From a virus (Duplodnaviria; Caudoviricetes), in the IMG/VR virus record IMGVR_UViG_3300028914_000059, positions 1 to 64,000 of that record: a DNA stretch of 64,000 nucleotides. One strand, 5' to 3'. A model generated the notes under the pieces. It did not search any database. It was not told where the DNA came from and worked only from the letters and a program-made list of their open reading frames with translations. How positions within the stretch are numbered: position 1 is the first letter of the stretch; every line of letters begins with the position of its first letter. Position numbers and translations under genes: made by a program. Positions 1 through 9,797 of this stretch are shown here, piece after piece.

Positions 1-477
1 AATACCTGTTGATCGTCCAGTCAGACCTGTGGATATTGTGTCTATCAGACCCCCACCTATTCTGGTGGCTGTATTAGCGGCAAACCCAAACAACTTACCA
101 CCACCCCAGCCCACAGCTTTACCGGTCATGTTAAAACCCTTGCTCCATAGGTCATTTACTAGTCCCATACCTGGTAAGTTTGGCAGGACTTCATAGCCTA
201 TATGCCACCCAGCGATCCCCGAAGCTAATTCACCAACACTTTCAAGCGGAGATAGCAGCATCTCATGTGCTGCCATAGCCCGTTCTTCGTTATATTGTCT
301 TCGAGTATATCCCGCAGGTAATACAGCGTTAGTATTAAGATAATGGCCTAAAATATCGCCATATCCCCAAGTAGCTTGATAGGCACTACTTCCGGCATTA
401 GCCATCATAAGCTGACTTACTTCACCAGCTCCTGGTGGCATCCATTCTGACTGTGGGTATTGAATAGGGGGTATCAT
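1..477 (-). CDS. N-terminal part of probable tape measure protein (runs off the window edge)
   Basis: Open frame from ATG at 477 to position 1 (MIPPIQYPQSEWMPPG...), Gly/Ala-rich; lies directly after a frameshifting tail chaperone pair, the usual tape measure position. Confidence 0.55.
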   Translation of the reverse strand, partial: MIPPIQYPQSEWMPPGAGEVSQLMMANAGSSAYQATWGYGDILGHYLNTNAVLPAGYTRRQYNEERAMAAHEMLLSPLESVGELASGIAGWHIGYEVLPNLPGMGLVNDLWSKGFNMTGKAVGWGGGKLFGFAANTATRIGGGLIDTISTGLTGRSTGI

Positions 478-487
478 AGATCTTTAG

Positions 488-868
488 TTAAATCCTTAGA
501 TTAGAATTCTTTAGTTGAGATTTGAGAATAAGTTTATCCTGAGGCAGTGTTAATGTAGAGGTATCTATTTCTACTACCCAGTTATCCATATCTCTCAGAG
601 CCCGTTCAAATTCTTCCTGTTTACTTTCTTCCTTGACAGTAGAACCTGGAGTTTCCATAGCTATAATACTCAGCATATTATCCAAAGCCTTTTTGGCAGC
701 CTCGAAATTCTGTTGCTGAATATGTAGAGTTACTAATAATTTATAATATTCTATCAGTTGAAAGTCCAGCTGGGCATTTATCATACCGCTAACTACAGCT
801 GGAGTTTTACCTGTAAGGTCTACACCTGAGGCCATAAGCCGGAGCTTACCTCTGACCGATGGCCTCAT
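488..868 (-). CDS. Tail assembly chaperone, post-frameshift (gpT-like) segment
   Basis: Lies in the -1 frame of the upstream ORF, directly after slippery heptamer A AAA AAC. Confidence 0.7.
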   Translation of the reverse strand: MRPSVRGKLRLMASGVDLTGKTPAVVSGMINAQLDFQLIEYYKLLVTLHIQQQNFEAAKKALDNMLSIIAMETPGSTVKEESKQEEFERALRDMDNWVVEIDTSTLTLPQDKLILKSQLKNSNLRI

Positions 869-870
869 CT

Positions 871-1461
871 TCAGTTTTTTACTTGTTCCGGGTTCTTCAG
901 AGCTTCTGTAGCAGCTCTTTCTAAAAGTGAATATTTATTAAAAATAAGCGGAACAACCATGCTGGGTAATTCACTCAGATATTCTCTGCGTTCGTCCAAT
1001 GACATCTTAGTAAGATCTTTTTTGCCATATTTTATTACAGCTCTGGAAAGAACTTCTAGCGCATATTTCATTTCAGCTTGAATAGCAGAAATATCTTCAT
1101 TACGTAATCCCCACATAAAGGACTGGGTTTCCTGCAGCTCTGAAGCTGACAATACTTTAATAGTAACTGAAGCTTTCTTTGATAACTGGAAGGCATAACT
1201 TATTTCGCCAGAGAAGAAAAACTCTTCCAGATCCAACTTGCCAGCAAGATCTGAGATTTGAGCTTTATACGCCTCATCTTCAGTAGGTTCTGGTTTTATT
1301 ATTGATTCTGGCTCTTTTTCTATGCCTGACTGTTCTGAAGCTTTAGCCTGAATAGTGGTTTTAACTTGCGTTTTTGATTCAGGTGTAAATGTAATAACTT
1401 CATCCTTTTTAATGTCTGCTTCTGTTGGTTTAACCATTCTAGCTGTGTGATTAACGGCCAT
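871..1461 (-). CDS. Tail assembly chaperone (gpG-like)
   Basis: GGAGG SD; ends GTA AAA AAC TGA; position upstream of probable tape measure gene. Confidence 0.7.
   Translation of the reverse strand: MAVNHTARMVKPTEADIKKDEVITFTPESKTQVKTTIQAKASEQSGIEKEPESIIKPEPTEDEAYKAQISDLAGKLDLEEFFFSGEISYAFQLSKKASVTIKVLSASELQETQSFMWGLRNEDISAIQAEMKYALEVLSRAVIKYGKKDLTKMSLDERREYLSELPSMVVPLIFNKYSLLERAATEALKNPEQVKN
874..880 (-). other. Programmed -1 ribosomal frameshift site AAAAAAC
   Basis: X XXY YYZ heptamer just before the stop; the -1 frame reads AAA CTG AAG ATG AGG into ORF 488..868. Confidence 0.75.
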
Positions 1462-1495
1462 GTTATTTCCTCCATAACTTCAAATGATACTTAAA

Positions 1496-1524
1496 AATTT
1501 AACACATACGCATAGTATTATCAA
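1496..1524 (-). promoter_or_regulatory. sigma70-like promoter TTGATA-N17-TAAATT
   Basis: Consensus-like hexamers with 17-bp spacer upstream of the tail chaperone gene. Confidence 0.55.
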
Positions 1525-1539
1525 GGTATAAGATAAGTG
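1525..1539 (+). promoter_or_regulatory. GGTATAAG motif (candidate phage-specific promoter)
   Basis: GGTATAAGATAAGTG at the head of a plus-strand block; the motif recurs at 10087, 14951 and 50621. Confidence 0.5.
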
Positions 1540-2295
1540 AATTTCAACAAAGGAGGGAAATTTCCCAGAATGACTAACAAAACATTATTAGATGAATTTT
1601 TAAGCCAGGTCAGTGACCCTAAAACCAGGGAAACTACCAGAGCTATACTAGAACAGAGGCCAGACGTAGATCCTGTATATAAACAGATCAATAATCTGTT
1701 TATCTCTTTTGTAAATGCAAGTATAATAGCGGATACTGAGGGCTCACATGTACACAAGTGGGCCACCCATAGCGACACTGCATATAATACGCTAATAAAA
1801 CTTCTATATACCCAGGCTGTCATATTTAACAGTGATATGTTGCCTGTAATATGCTTGATGTTTATATATCATTGTGGAAAAGAGCTGAAATTAAAGAGCA
1901 CAACAGTTAAGCCTAAGGATTGCCGATGGCCGGCGTTATACTCGGGAGATGCAGATACTGACAAAATAAATAACCTGTTCAGCAAATTTCTTTCAATTAT
2001 GGCTAATTTCAGGCGCAAACACCTCTGGACGTTTGAACCGAGAAAGAAAGGAAAGAAAGTTAGTTACAGCATTGGTGGAGACAGAGAAATAGTGAGGGCC
2101 GTCAATGCCGTAGCACTATTAACAGACAATCCCTGTAAAATCACGGTAATTAACCCAGATGACCGCCTGAATCAATATTATCAATTTACTTTGCCAGGTG
2201 GTAGGTCGAAGCATGAGATCCAGAAAAAAGACCCTACATGTTATATAAATTATAATGGTGTGCTATACCCTAAAGAAAAGGTGGTGAGCAAATGA
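1537..2295 (+). CDS. Hypothetical protein (start may be ATG 1570)
   Basis: Long ORF; AGGAGG upstream of 1570; ATGA overlap with next gene. Confidence 0.7.
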   Translation: MNFNKGGKFPRMTNKTLLDEFLSQVSDPKTRETTRAILEQRPDVDPVYKQINNLFISFVNASIIADTEGSHVHKWATHSDTAYNTLIKLLYTQAVIFNSDMLPVICLMFIYHCGKELKLKSTTVKPKDCRWPALYSGDADTDKINNLFSKFLSIMANFRRKHLWTFEPRKKGKKVSYSIGGDREIVRAVNAVALLTDNPCKITVINPDDRLNQYYQFTLPGGRSKHEIQKKDPTCYINYNGVLYPKEKVVSK

Positions 2296-2711
2296 ACCTT
2301 ATAATATCAATGTTAGAAAATACAGTGTTAGCTGTTAAGGCGATAACCTCAAAAAGTATATACAACACTGTAGAATTAGACAACGGTAAGGTAAAAATGT
2401 TTTGGACAAAGAGCGGAAGTATAATGACTAATACGAAGGAGTCTGACGTTGTGCTTCTAGGCTTTGACAAGGTATATTTTAAACTTTCCCAGAATCTGTG
2501 CAGCATAGGTCTTTATGTGTTGTCTCTTAACGGAGCTGCTCCGGACGGCTGGGAAAAGAGCGCGGTAAATCTATTCAACGCCATAACCGACCGTGCAGTT
2601 ATGGCAGAAATGGAAGTGCCGAAGTTAACCAGTTACAAGGTCGTGGCAGAGTATCAGCTGGAAGAGCTCAACCATAGCCTTGAGAAAGGAGAAAAATGGC
2701 TAACCTGCTAG
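2292..2711 (+). CDS. Hypothetical protein
   Basis: Translationally coupled ORF in operon. Confidence 0.7.
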   Translation: MNLIISMLENTVLAVKAITSKSIYNTVELDNGKVKMFWTKSGSIMTNTKESDVVLLGFDKVYFKLSQNLCSIGLYVLSLNGAAPDGWEKSAVNLFNAITDRAVMAEMEVPKLTSYKVVAEYQLEELNHSLEKGEKWLTC

Positions 2712-3724
2712 AGAGGTATGGGATCAAACCCGACCTCGACAAATCATTTTCCATAAGTTTCATAGATAACTTTGTAGATTGCAGCTACAGAGTATTCCTG
2801 ACTTATTTTATGGGCTTATGGAAAAAGACTGCGGATATACCTAAGGTCTTTGGATCCGGGTGTCACCGTGGTCTAGCTAAGGTCAACGAACTTATGCAAG
2901 CTCACAACGAAGTCTGCAGAAAGTGCACACGCGACTGCAAATTATATTCTGTTGACAAGGTCAAGGCGATGCTTGTCCCAATGGAAGAATGCAGAATAAA
3001 GCAGTTGATGATGGAGCAGTTTCTGTTAGAATTCAATGATGAGTTTGAAGAGCTGGCACTAGTCACAAACAAGAACAAAACGGCAGCAGAAGTAAAAGAA
3101 ATTCTTCTGGCACATCACAGATATGCCTACAACTGTATGTGCTCCGTAATGTTCCAGAGCCAGCCGGTAGGTGAAGTTCTGATGACAGAAAATAAATTAA
3201 CCGGAACTCTTGGCGAGCATAAGATACTGGGTGTGGTTGACCTGGTATTAGGTATTCAACAGGAGAATAAAATGCCAAAGACCCTGATTGTAGACTATAA
3301 GACTACAGGTATAATGCCTCCGGATATACTTCCTATGAGGCAGCTGTCCCTGTATGTCCATTTATTGGAGCAGAGAAATCTGGAAATAAATGGCGTGTCT
3401 GCAATATATATGGTCAAAAAGGATCCTCCTAAAGTAATACGTAAGAACTCAAAAGAGTTTCAACAATCCAAGACTACGTTCATTAGTCTTGATAGGGACC
3501 GTACAGAGTACGAGAAGGCTCTGGCCGGCATAAAAGAGGATATGGATCAGGTAAAAGATGCCATATCATGTGGAAACTTTATGAGAAATCGTAAGTCTGT
3601 CTTTTGTCAGAGCTGCGAACAGAAGGAATACTGTGAAAACGCGTACCTTCTTGACAAAGCTGTCGAAATGGGGCAGACTAAACAGACACATAATTCAGAA
3701 AAAGATAAAGAATTAGAAGAGTAA
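2696..3724 (+). CDS. PD-(D/E)XK nuclease, RecB/AddB/Cas4-like
   Basis: S-x-S...C N-terminal motif, FGSGCH, GVVDLV...IVDYKT, QLSLY, C-terminal CxxC-x5-C. Confidence 0.8.
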   Translation: MANLLERYGIKPDLDKSFSISFIDNFVDCSYRVFLTYFMGLWKKTADIPKVFGSGCHRGLAKVNELMQAHNEVCRKCTRDCKLYSVDKVKAMLVPMEECRIKQLMMEQFLLEFNDEFEELALVTNKNKTAAEVKEILLAHHRYAYNCMCSVMFQSQPVGEVLMTENKLTGTLGEHKILGVVDLVLGIQQENKMPKTLIVDYKTTGIMPPDILPMRQLSLYVHLLEQRNLEINGVSAIYMVKKDPPKVIRKNSKEFQQSKTTFISLDRDRTEYEKALAGIKEDMDQVKDAISCGNFMRNRKSVFCQSCEQKEYCENAYLLDKAVEMGQTKQTHNSEKDKELEE

Positions 3725-3755
3725 AACTTTCCCCCTGAAGGAGTAAAACAGAAAT

Positions 3756-4580
3756 ATGAGTAATAATAAAGAACTAGTAGCAAATCCAGGAAATGCCATG
3801 GAACTTTTAAAGGGTTTATGGGCAGGTCAGAAGAAAGAACAGCAGACTATGATATTCCAGGCTAACCCTGCTATCAAAGTCCAGCACAACACTTCCAAAC
3901 CCAAGTTTGAAATCCCCGGCAAGGATACAGCTCACCCTATAAAAGTAGGTATAGTTGATGTCGTAAAGATGCAGGAACTCAGATTCCCTGGGGATGACAG
4001 CCCAGCACCTGAGTGCCAGAGCGTTGGCGGTATCAATGGTACTAAATACGGCACTTGCAAAAACTGCAAATTCAATAAGTGGGTTACTGATGCAAGCGGC
4101 AAAAACAGTAAGGCATGCAAGGAATATAACAAGCTTGCTGTTGTATTGCTCGATGATGAAGAACCTAAAGTATATGAATTGAAAGTGTCAGCTGCCTCTA
4201 CAAAGAGCATGAAGGAATACATCCAGATGTTATCTACCCAGGAAGACAAGGCTCTCGGTGAAGTAATAACCAAGCTCAGCCTCTCTCCAGTAAAAGCTGG
4301 TAGTAAACAGTATTCTGTAATTAACTTTGAAAAAGACAGCGATATAGACAAAGCCCCGGCAGATTTCCTGGACAGACTCGTACTTGGTTACAAGACAGTC
4401 AAAAACAATTTCTTCAGACTCACTGAACCTCAGGAAGTAACACCTGAAGCTAAGAAGACTGCTGAATTAATGGCTGCTCCAACTACTGATGACGAAACCG
4501 CTGAAGAAGTGGAAGATGCAGAAGTAGTAAAACCAGGTAAAGTCGTTGCTATCTCAAGTCAGGAAACTATCCCGTTCTAA
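3756..4580 (+). CDS. Putative single-stranded DNA-binding or annealing protein
   Basis: Cys-containing core, acidic C-terminal tail ending IPF, adjacent to the exonuclease. Confidence 0.55.
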   Translation: MSNNKELVANPGNAMELLKGLWAGQKKEQQTMIFQANPAIKVQHNTSKPKFEIPGKDTAHPIKVGIVDVVKMQELRFPGDDSPAPECQSVGGINGTKYGTCKNCKFNKWVTDASGKNSKACKEYNKLAVVLLDDEEPKVYELKVSAASTKSMKEYIQMLSTQEDKALGEVITKLSLSPVKAGSKQYSVINFEKDSDIDKAPADFLDRLVLGYKTVKNNFFRLTEPQEVTPEAKKTAELMAAPTTDDETAEEVEDAEVVKPGKVVAISSQETIPF

Positions 4581-4598
4581 TATAGAGCATAATAAAAG

Positions 4599-4629
4599 TG
4601 GCCGACCCCAAAGGCCGGCCATCTTTTTT
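4599..4629 (+). terminator. Intrinsic terminator
   Basis: TGGCCGACC/GGCCGGCCA stem followed by TCTTTTTT. Confidence 0.7.
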
Positions 4630-4651
4630 ATCTTAAAAGGAGTGCAAAAGA

Positions 4652-5809
4652 ATGAAGAAATTAGCCACTGTAAGAACGATAGCCAGCTTCACAGATATGG
4701 AAGGTTATGACAATGTATATATGGCCCATGTAGATGGCTGGCAGGCTATTGTAAGAAAAGAAGATTTTAACACCCCTGGTGAAAAAGTAATCTTTATAGA
4801 ACCAGGTGCCCAGCTTCCTGAAACTGAAGAATATAAGTTTCTGGAAAAACGTAAATACAGAATAAAGACAATGAAAATGCGTGGTAATCTGTCTCAGGGC
4901 CTGGTACTCAAATATACCGGTACTGAACCTGAAGGAACAGATCTTACCGAAAAAATGGGCATTATAGATTTTACAGAACAAGATGATGCCAAAGGATTCA
5001 ATCCAAACAGTGTCAGAAAGCCTAAGGGAATAGTAGGGTGGCTTATGAAATACTCTGCTACCAGATGGCTGGGAAAACTGTTTCTTCCTAAGAAAGTATC
5101 CGGCAAGTTCCCTGAATGGATACAGAAGACTGATGAGGAAAGAATCCAGAATTGCCCAAAAGTTCTCGATATAGAATCTGCTGACTGGTATGGCACAGAG
5201 AAGGTTGATGGACAGAGTGGCACCTGGGCTGTAAGAAAAGAAAAGGGATGGTTCGGAAGAACAAAGTATGATGAGATAGTATGCAGTCGTAACTTCAGAC
5301 TGAACGCTACAGGTGACTCTGGGAAATCCCAGATAGAGCTGAACAAAAAGTTGAAGATAACTGAACAGCTCAAGCACTGGCTACAGGAACATCCTGAAGA
5401 AGACTGGATTGTTCTGCAGGGTGAATGCATAGGTCCTAAGATCCAGGGTAATCCATATAAAGTTAAAGACTTCGAGCTTTATCTGTTCAACATAATTACC
5501 TCACGTCTTGGCAAGCTTGCTCCAGGAGCAGCTAAACAACTAACCTATGAAATGACACTCAGCTGTAACTTCCAGGATTATACTCAGTATACTCTCAAAT
5601 GGGTTCCTGACGTATTTCACGTCTCTGGTAAACTTTCAGACAAGACAGCTACCTGTTTCACAGATGTCAACCAGGCTTTAGAGTATGCCTCAGGATTCTC
5701 TGACCTCAATCGTGACACCTTGCGTGAAGGCGTGGTAGTAAGAAGTTATGAAAAGGGAATCTCCTTCAAGATTGTAAGTCCTGAATATCTAATAAAGAAA
5801 GGCGAATAA
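4652..5809 (+). CDS. ATP-dependent RNA ligase, Rnl2/DRB0094-like
   Basis: N-terminal KLATVRTI...DGWQ domain; nucleotidyltransferase motifs TEKVDG, QGECIG, REGVV, FKIVS. Confidence 0.85.
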   Translation: MKKLATVRTIASFTDMEGYDNVYMAHVDGWQAIVRKEDFNTPGEKVIFIEPGAQLPETEEYKFLEKRKYRIKTMKMRGNLSQGLVLKYTGTEPEGTDLTEKMGIIDFTEQDDAKGFNPNSVRKPKGIVGWLMKYSATRWLGKLFLPKKVSGKFPEWIQKTDEERIQNCPKVLDIESADWYGTEKVDGQSGTWAVRKEKGWFGRTKYDEIVCSRNFRLNATGDSGKSQIELNKKLKITEQLKHWLQEHPEEDWIVLQGECIGPKIQGNPYKVKDFELYLFNIITSRLGKLAPGAAKQLTYEMTLSCNFQDYTQYTLKWVPDVFHVSGKLSDKTATCFTDVNQALEYASGFSDLNRDTLREGVVVRSYEKGISFKIVSPEYLIKKGE

Positions 5810-8800
5810 TGGATAAAAATCCCTCTCTATCATACACTGAAACAGATATCAATCTGTTCATTTCGCGCTTCAGCACGGGCCACTGGGGGAGGCAGTGTGA
5901 GCTCAACAGAGCTAAAGCTGCCACCAGATATCAGACTGGAGACAAGTGTCACCTGAACAGTACTCTTGTAATAAACCATCTGAGCAGGAAAGAAACCCTG
6001 GCTGTGTATGTAATAACGGACGGTAATGAATGTAAATTTGCCGTCCTTGATTTCGACGCTAACTCAGCTGTAGTAAAGAGTCATATCTCTGACCCTGCTT
6101 CTGAAGAAGGCAAGAAAGCTTATCAGGAAGCTATGACAGAGGTGAAGGAAACTGTAGCCAATGCCATATCCGGATTAAGTTCTAGCCTTAAGATAAAGAG
6201 GGAACAGCTATTGCTAGAGTATAGCGGATCCAAGGGCTATCACATATGGATGTTCTTTGAAAATCCTGTCCCCACAAGATCAGCTTACAGAATGACTCAG
6301 GTCATTGCCAGAGAACTTGATCTGGAAGGGGTAGAACTCTTTCCTGGACAGGAGTATGCAGACTCAGAACATCCTGGTGATATGATAAAACTGCCACTTA
6401 GTATCAACAGAAAGACTGGCCTCTTCTGCGGATTCGTGGATGATAACTTCGAATATCTTGAAGACCAGTGGAAAGCTCTTAGAGAAGTTCAACCAATATC
6501 TAACACAGAATTGGAAAACATTCTTAAACTTCAGGAAATTCAGGTAAAGGAACCAGAATTCCAGGAAGGGGAAGACCTGAGTCTGCGTGGTGGCTCTATA
6601 GAAAGCATGTTCACTAAATGTGAAGCATTGAGTAATATACAGGCCAAGTCAAGATCAGTAGATCCTGATGCTGGTATTATCAATCTCACAAACGATGAAC
6701 GTGTCTGTATATTAAGCCTCCTGAAGCAGTTCGGTATTCCCGGAGCTAACAAGATACATGATCTGTTGAGCGAGTGTCACAACTATAGTAAGGAAACAAC
6801 AGACTATGCAATTAATAATACAGATATCAAGCCTATGCGGTGTGCCACCATGTATGCTCGTGGCATATGCCCGTATGAAAATCAGTGCGATGTTATAAGA
6901 GCCTGTCGTGGGACAAGTCCTATAAAGCTTAGCGGTTACTCCAAGAAGCAGAGTGTAATGCACAACCTGAAATCTCTGAGCCAGATAGAAAATACCATTC
7001 TGTGTGGCAAGGATATAACAGTTGACTTTACAGTCTCTGCTATTGTGAATGAGCCATATTACAGTCACACAAGGGCTACCTTTGCACCATGTTCTGAATC
7101 ATGCCCTAAGTTCGGGTTATGTGAACGTGAAGATAAGGAAACGTTTAAGACCGTAAACATACCTAAATATGACAAGATGCACATACAGGTATATGGTGAA
7201 AAAGATGAGAAGGTTATTGACTACACTAAGAAACAGCTGATAGGCTGTCTGTCTCCCAGAAGTCTGAAACTCTCAAGAGAAACGGAAAAGGTCCTTATTC
7301 AGCCATTCATGTGTGGTAACAGAGTTGACCTGATATCATCAAGTGTAGCAACGGAATCAGATAAGCCCGATCAGAACGCAGAAAACCTCAGTGAAGCAAA
7401 GGAATACAAGGACTATCTTGCATTCTGTATGCAGAACTCACTGGAAAGCTCCAAGTCCTACCGGGGTAAAGGTGTGGTAATGGCTAATCCTCAGAACCAG
7501 AACATAACTATAATGTTCACAGAGGTAACACCATTGACAGACCAGATAGACAACTTCCAGCTGGATGACGCAACAAAGGAAAGGCTGAACATCTACAGCT
7601 CAATGAGTATAGCTGAAAAGATAAATGATCTCAGAGACAACGTCCTGCACATATATAGCAGAGACAGTGTCATAACTGCGGTTCTTCTCAGCTTCTGTTC
7701 TCCCCTGACTCTTAACTTCAACGGTAATCCTTCTATGCGTGGCCGCCTTGATGTTCTTCTTGTAGGTGACTCAGGGCAGGCAAAGAGCTTGCTGGTAACC
7801 AGGATGTGCAGCTACAGTGGGGTTGGAAGAATAGCATCCTCCAACAGTACTACTGCAGGTCTTATAGGTGGTATTGACAGGACCAGCAACGGGTCATTCA
7901 TGAGCTGGGGCCTGCTGCCTAAATCAGACAGAGGTCTTGTATTCCTGGATGAAGTTCAGAATATATCCCCTGAAACAATGTCTCAGCTTAGAACCATACG
8001 AACCAACGGTGAAGCAGACGTAACAAAGATAAAAGGCGGGAAACATCCTGCCAGAATAAGATTGATATGTGCTGCCAACCCTATCCCAAACAACAGAACT
8101 GTTTCCGAGTTCAAGTATGGTATTCAAGCACTGGCTACTGTAATGCAGGCACCAGATTTGAGACGTTTCGATCTGGGATGTGTTCTTAGTGGTGCTGATA
8201 TTGATTCGGAGAAAATAAACGTTGAAAACTCTGACAAACCGCCTATATTGAAACCTGAAGTGCTGGCTGCCGCTTTCTATAGAATATGGAGTCTTACTCC
8301 GGACGATATAGTAATAAGTAAGGAGCTTACTTCCAAGATTCTAAAGAAGGCTGGGGAAATCAGTGACAAGTTCGATAACAACGTAGTCCCGTTATGCAAT
8401 ACAGCAGACATGAGAGAAAAGCTGTGCCGAATAGTAGTAAGTGCAGCAGGACTCCGTGGAGCATTCACAGACAATTATTCTAAGCTGGTTCCCGAACAGC
8501 AGGATCTGGACTTTGCTGTAAATCTGCTCGACCAGATATATGCTAACAGCTCTGCAAATATGGATGGATTAGCAGAAGAACGACGTAATGAATCTGAGCT
8601 TAGTGACGACCAGAAAAAGGCATTGGATGCCTGCCTGGCTACAGAGGAATATAAAGATATGTGGAATGTTATCTGCAAAATTGCAAGCATCAACTCAACG
8701 TTCTATATGTCTGATATAGGCGCCAGTCTTGGGCTCAGTGGAGTAGATACAGCCAAGATCCAGCAGAAGCTTATGGAATTCCAGATGATTGGAATGGGTA

Positions 8801-8910
8801 AGCAGAGCAGGAGCCTGGAGCTCAAGAGTAAACTGACAAAATACTACAACTATCATAGACAACAGGAGAAACTTGAAAATGACAAAGGACCTCAACCCAT
8901 TGCCTTCTGA
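5809..8910 (+). CDS. Primase-helicase fusion: AEP primase, PriL-like Cys domain and MCM-family helicase
   Basis: LDFD, SGSKGYH, IKLP (AEP); C..C..C..C..SP cluster; GDSGQAKS Walker A, FLDE Walker B, RRFD arginine finger. Confidence 0.85.
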   Translation: MDKNPSLSYTETDINLFISRFSTGHWGRQCELNRAKAATRYQTGDKCHLNSTLVINHLSRKETLAVYVITDGNECKFAVLDFDANSAVVKSHISDPASEEGKKAYQEAMTEVKETVANAISGLSSSLKIKREQLLLEYSGSKGYHIWMFFENPVPTRSAYRMTQVIARELDLEGVELFPGQEYADSEHPGDMIKLPLSINRKTGLFCGFVDDNFEYLEDQWKALREVQPISNTELENILKLQEIQVKEPEFQEGEDLSLRGGSIESMFTKCEALSNIQAKSRSVDPDAGIINLTNDERVCILSLLKQFGIPGANKIHDLLSECHNYSKETTDYAINNTDIKPMRCATMYARGICPYENQCDVIRACRGTSPIKLSGYSKKQSVMHNLKSLSQIENTILCGKDITVDFTVSAIVNEPYYSHTRATFAPCSESCPKFGLCEREDKETFKTVNIPKYDKMHIQVYGEKDEKVIDYTKKQLIGCLSPRSLKLSRETEKVLIQPFMCGNRVDLISSSVATESDKPDQNAENLSEAKEYKDYLAFCMQNSLESSKSYRGKGVVMANPQNQNITIMFTEVTPLTDQIDNFQLDDATKERLNIYSSMSIAEKINDLRDNVLHIYSRDSVITAVLLSFCSPLTLNFNGNPSMRGRLDVLLVGDSGQAKSLLVTRMCSYSGVGRIASSNSTTAGLIGGIDRTSNGSFMSWGLLPKSDRGLVFLDEVQNISPETMSQLRTIRTNGEADVTKIKGGKHPARIRLICAANPIPNNRTVSEFKYGIQALATVMQAPDLRRFDLGCVLSGADIDSEKINVENSDKPPILKPEVLAAAFYRIWSLTPDDIVISKELTSKILKKAGEISDKFDNNVVPLCNTADMREKLCRIVVSAAGLRGAFTDNYSKLVPEQQDLDFAVNLLDQIYANSSANMDGLAEERRNESELSDDQKKALDACLATEEYKDMWNVICKIASINSTFYMSDIGASLGLSGVDTAKIQQKLMEFQMIGMGKQSRSLELKSKLTKYYNYHRQQEKLENDKGPQPIAF

Positions 8911-9739
8911 CCGTGAGCAGGGAAGGGAAAACATAACCTTCAGCTCTCTGGGATACAGATACAAAGACTACTTGGAAATGGGGAAACTCAACTTCAAGTT
9001 TCCTCAGGGAACGCTCTTGAAAGTGTTCGATCTGTCTGGTGAAGAACTTGCAGCTATAGCTCAAGAGTGTGGTGTAATACCAGCCAATGGTATAAATCCA
9101 AACACTTCTGAGGGATTTCAGCTGTTATTGCTATGGATGTATCTGTCAGGACGACTTACATCATATGGCCTGAACCATGCGGCTAAAGTCGAGTATGTTG
9201 CATTAAAAGGTTCAGAGGAATATAATCATCGGGCAACCGCAGCATCGTTTGATGGTGAGCCTGCAAATTGGGTTAAACGACTCATTTCTATAATGGCATG
9301 GCCTAAGGAATTTAACTGGACATTAAATTATCTTGCCAAGGCTATGCTCTATGGAGATCAGGATGCCCGCTATTCTATACTGCAGAACCTGCTATGGAAC
9401 TGCGGAAAAAGGATAGTAAGAGATGATTATAAATCTCTGGATAAGATACTCGATGTGAATAAAATACTGTATAGAAAAGTCCGTGTCTGCAGAAGCAGAG
9501 TTAATCTATACTGTATGTGGGACAGGCTCAGAATGTTCGCCTGTCATATCTATAAAGGTAATAAGAATGACTTTCTGGAAGCTATGTGTGGGGCAGAAAA
9601 AGCCCTCAAGAGATTACACTCCTCTGCAGATATAGCTCCAGAAGGTCAGTTCGAAGGATTCAAACTACCAGGATATACATATATTCAGGAAAGAGAATCT
9701 GTAAGAAGTATAATGCGCGTCTTAAAGCTTGGCCAATAG
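8873..9739 (+). CDS. Hypothetical protein
   Basis: 288-aa ORF overlapping the helicase end and followed by a hairpin. Confidence 0.7.
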   Translation: MKMTKDLNPLPSDREQGRENITFSSLGYRYKDYLEMGKLNFKFPQGTLLKVFDLSGEELAAIAQECGVIPANGINPNTSEGFQLLLLWMYLSGRLTSYGLNHAAKVEYVALKGSEEYNHRATAASFDGEPANWVKRLISIMAWPKEFNWTLNYLAKAMLYGDQDARYSILQNLLWNCGKRIVRDDYKSLDKILDVNKILYRKVRVCRSRVNLYCMWDRLRMFACHIYKGNKNDFLEAMCGAEKALKRLHSSADIAPEGQFEGFKLPGYTYIQERESVRSIMRVLKLGQ

Positions 9740-9762
9740 CTAAGTTCTGTATGTACTGTTTA

Positions 9763-9797
9763 GAGACTCCGGTATTAACCGGGGTCTCACATATTTT
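9763..9797 (+). terminator. Probable terminator hairpin
   Basis: GAGACTCCGGT/ACCGGGGTCTC stem; weak T tract. Confidence 0.55.

Noticed and set aside
2696-3724. Cas4 of a CRISPR-Cas locus
   Set aside because: No cas1, cas2 or array; context beside an SSB-like gene fits phage recombination
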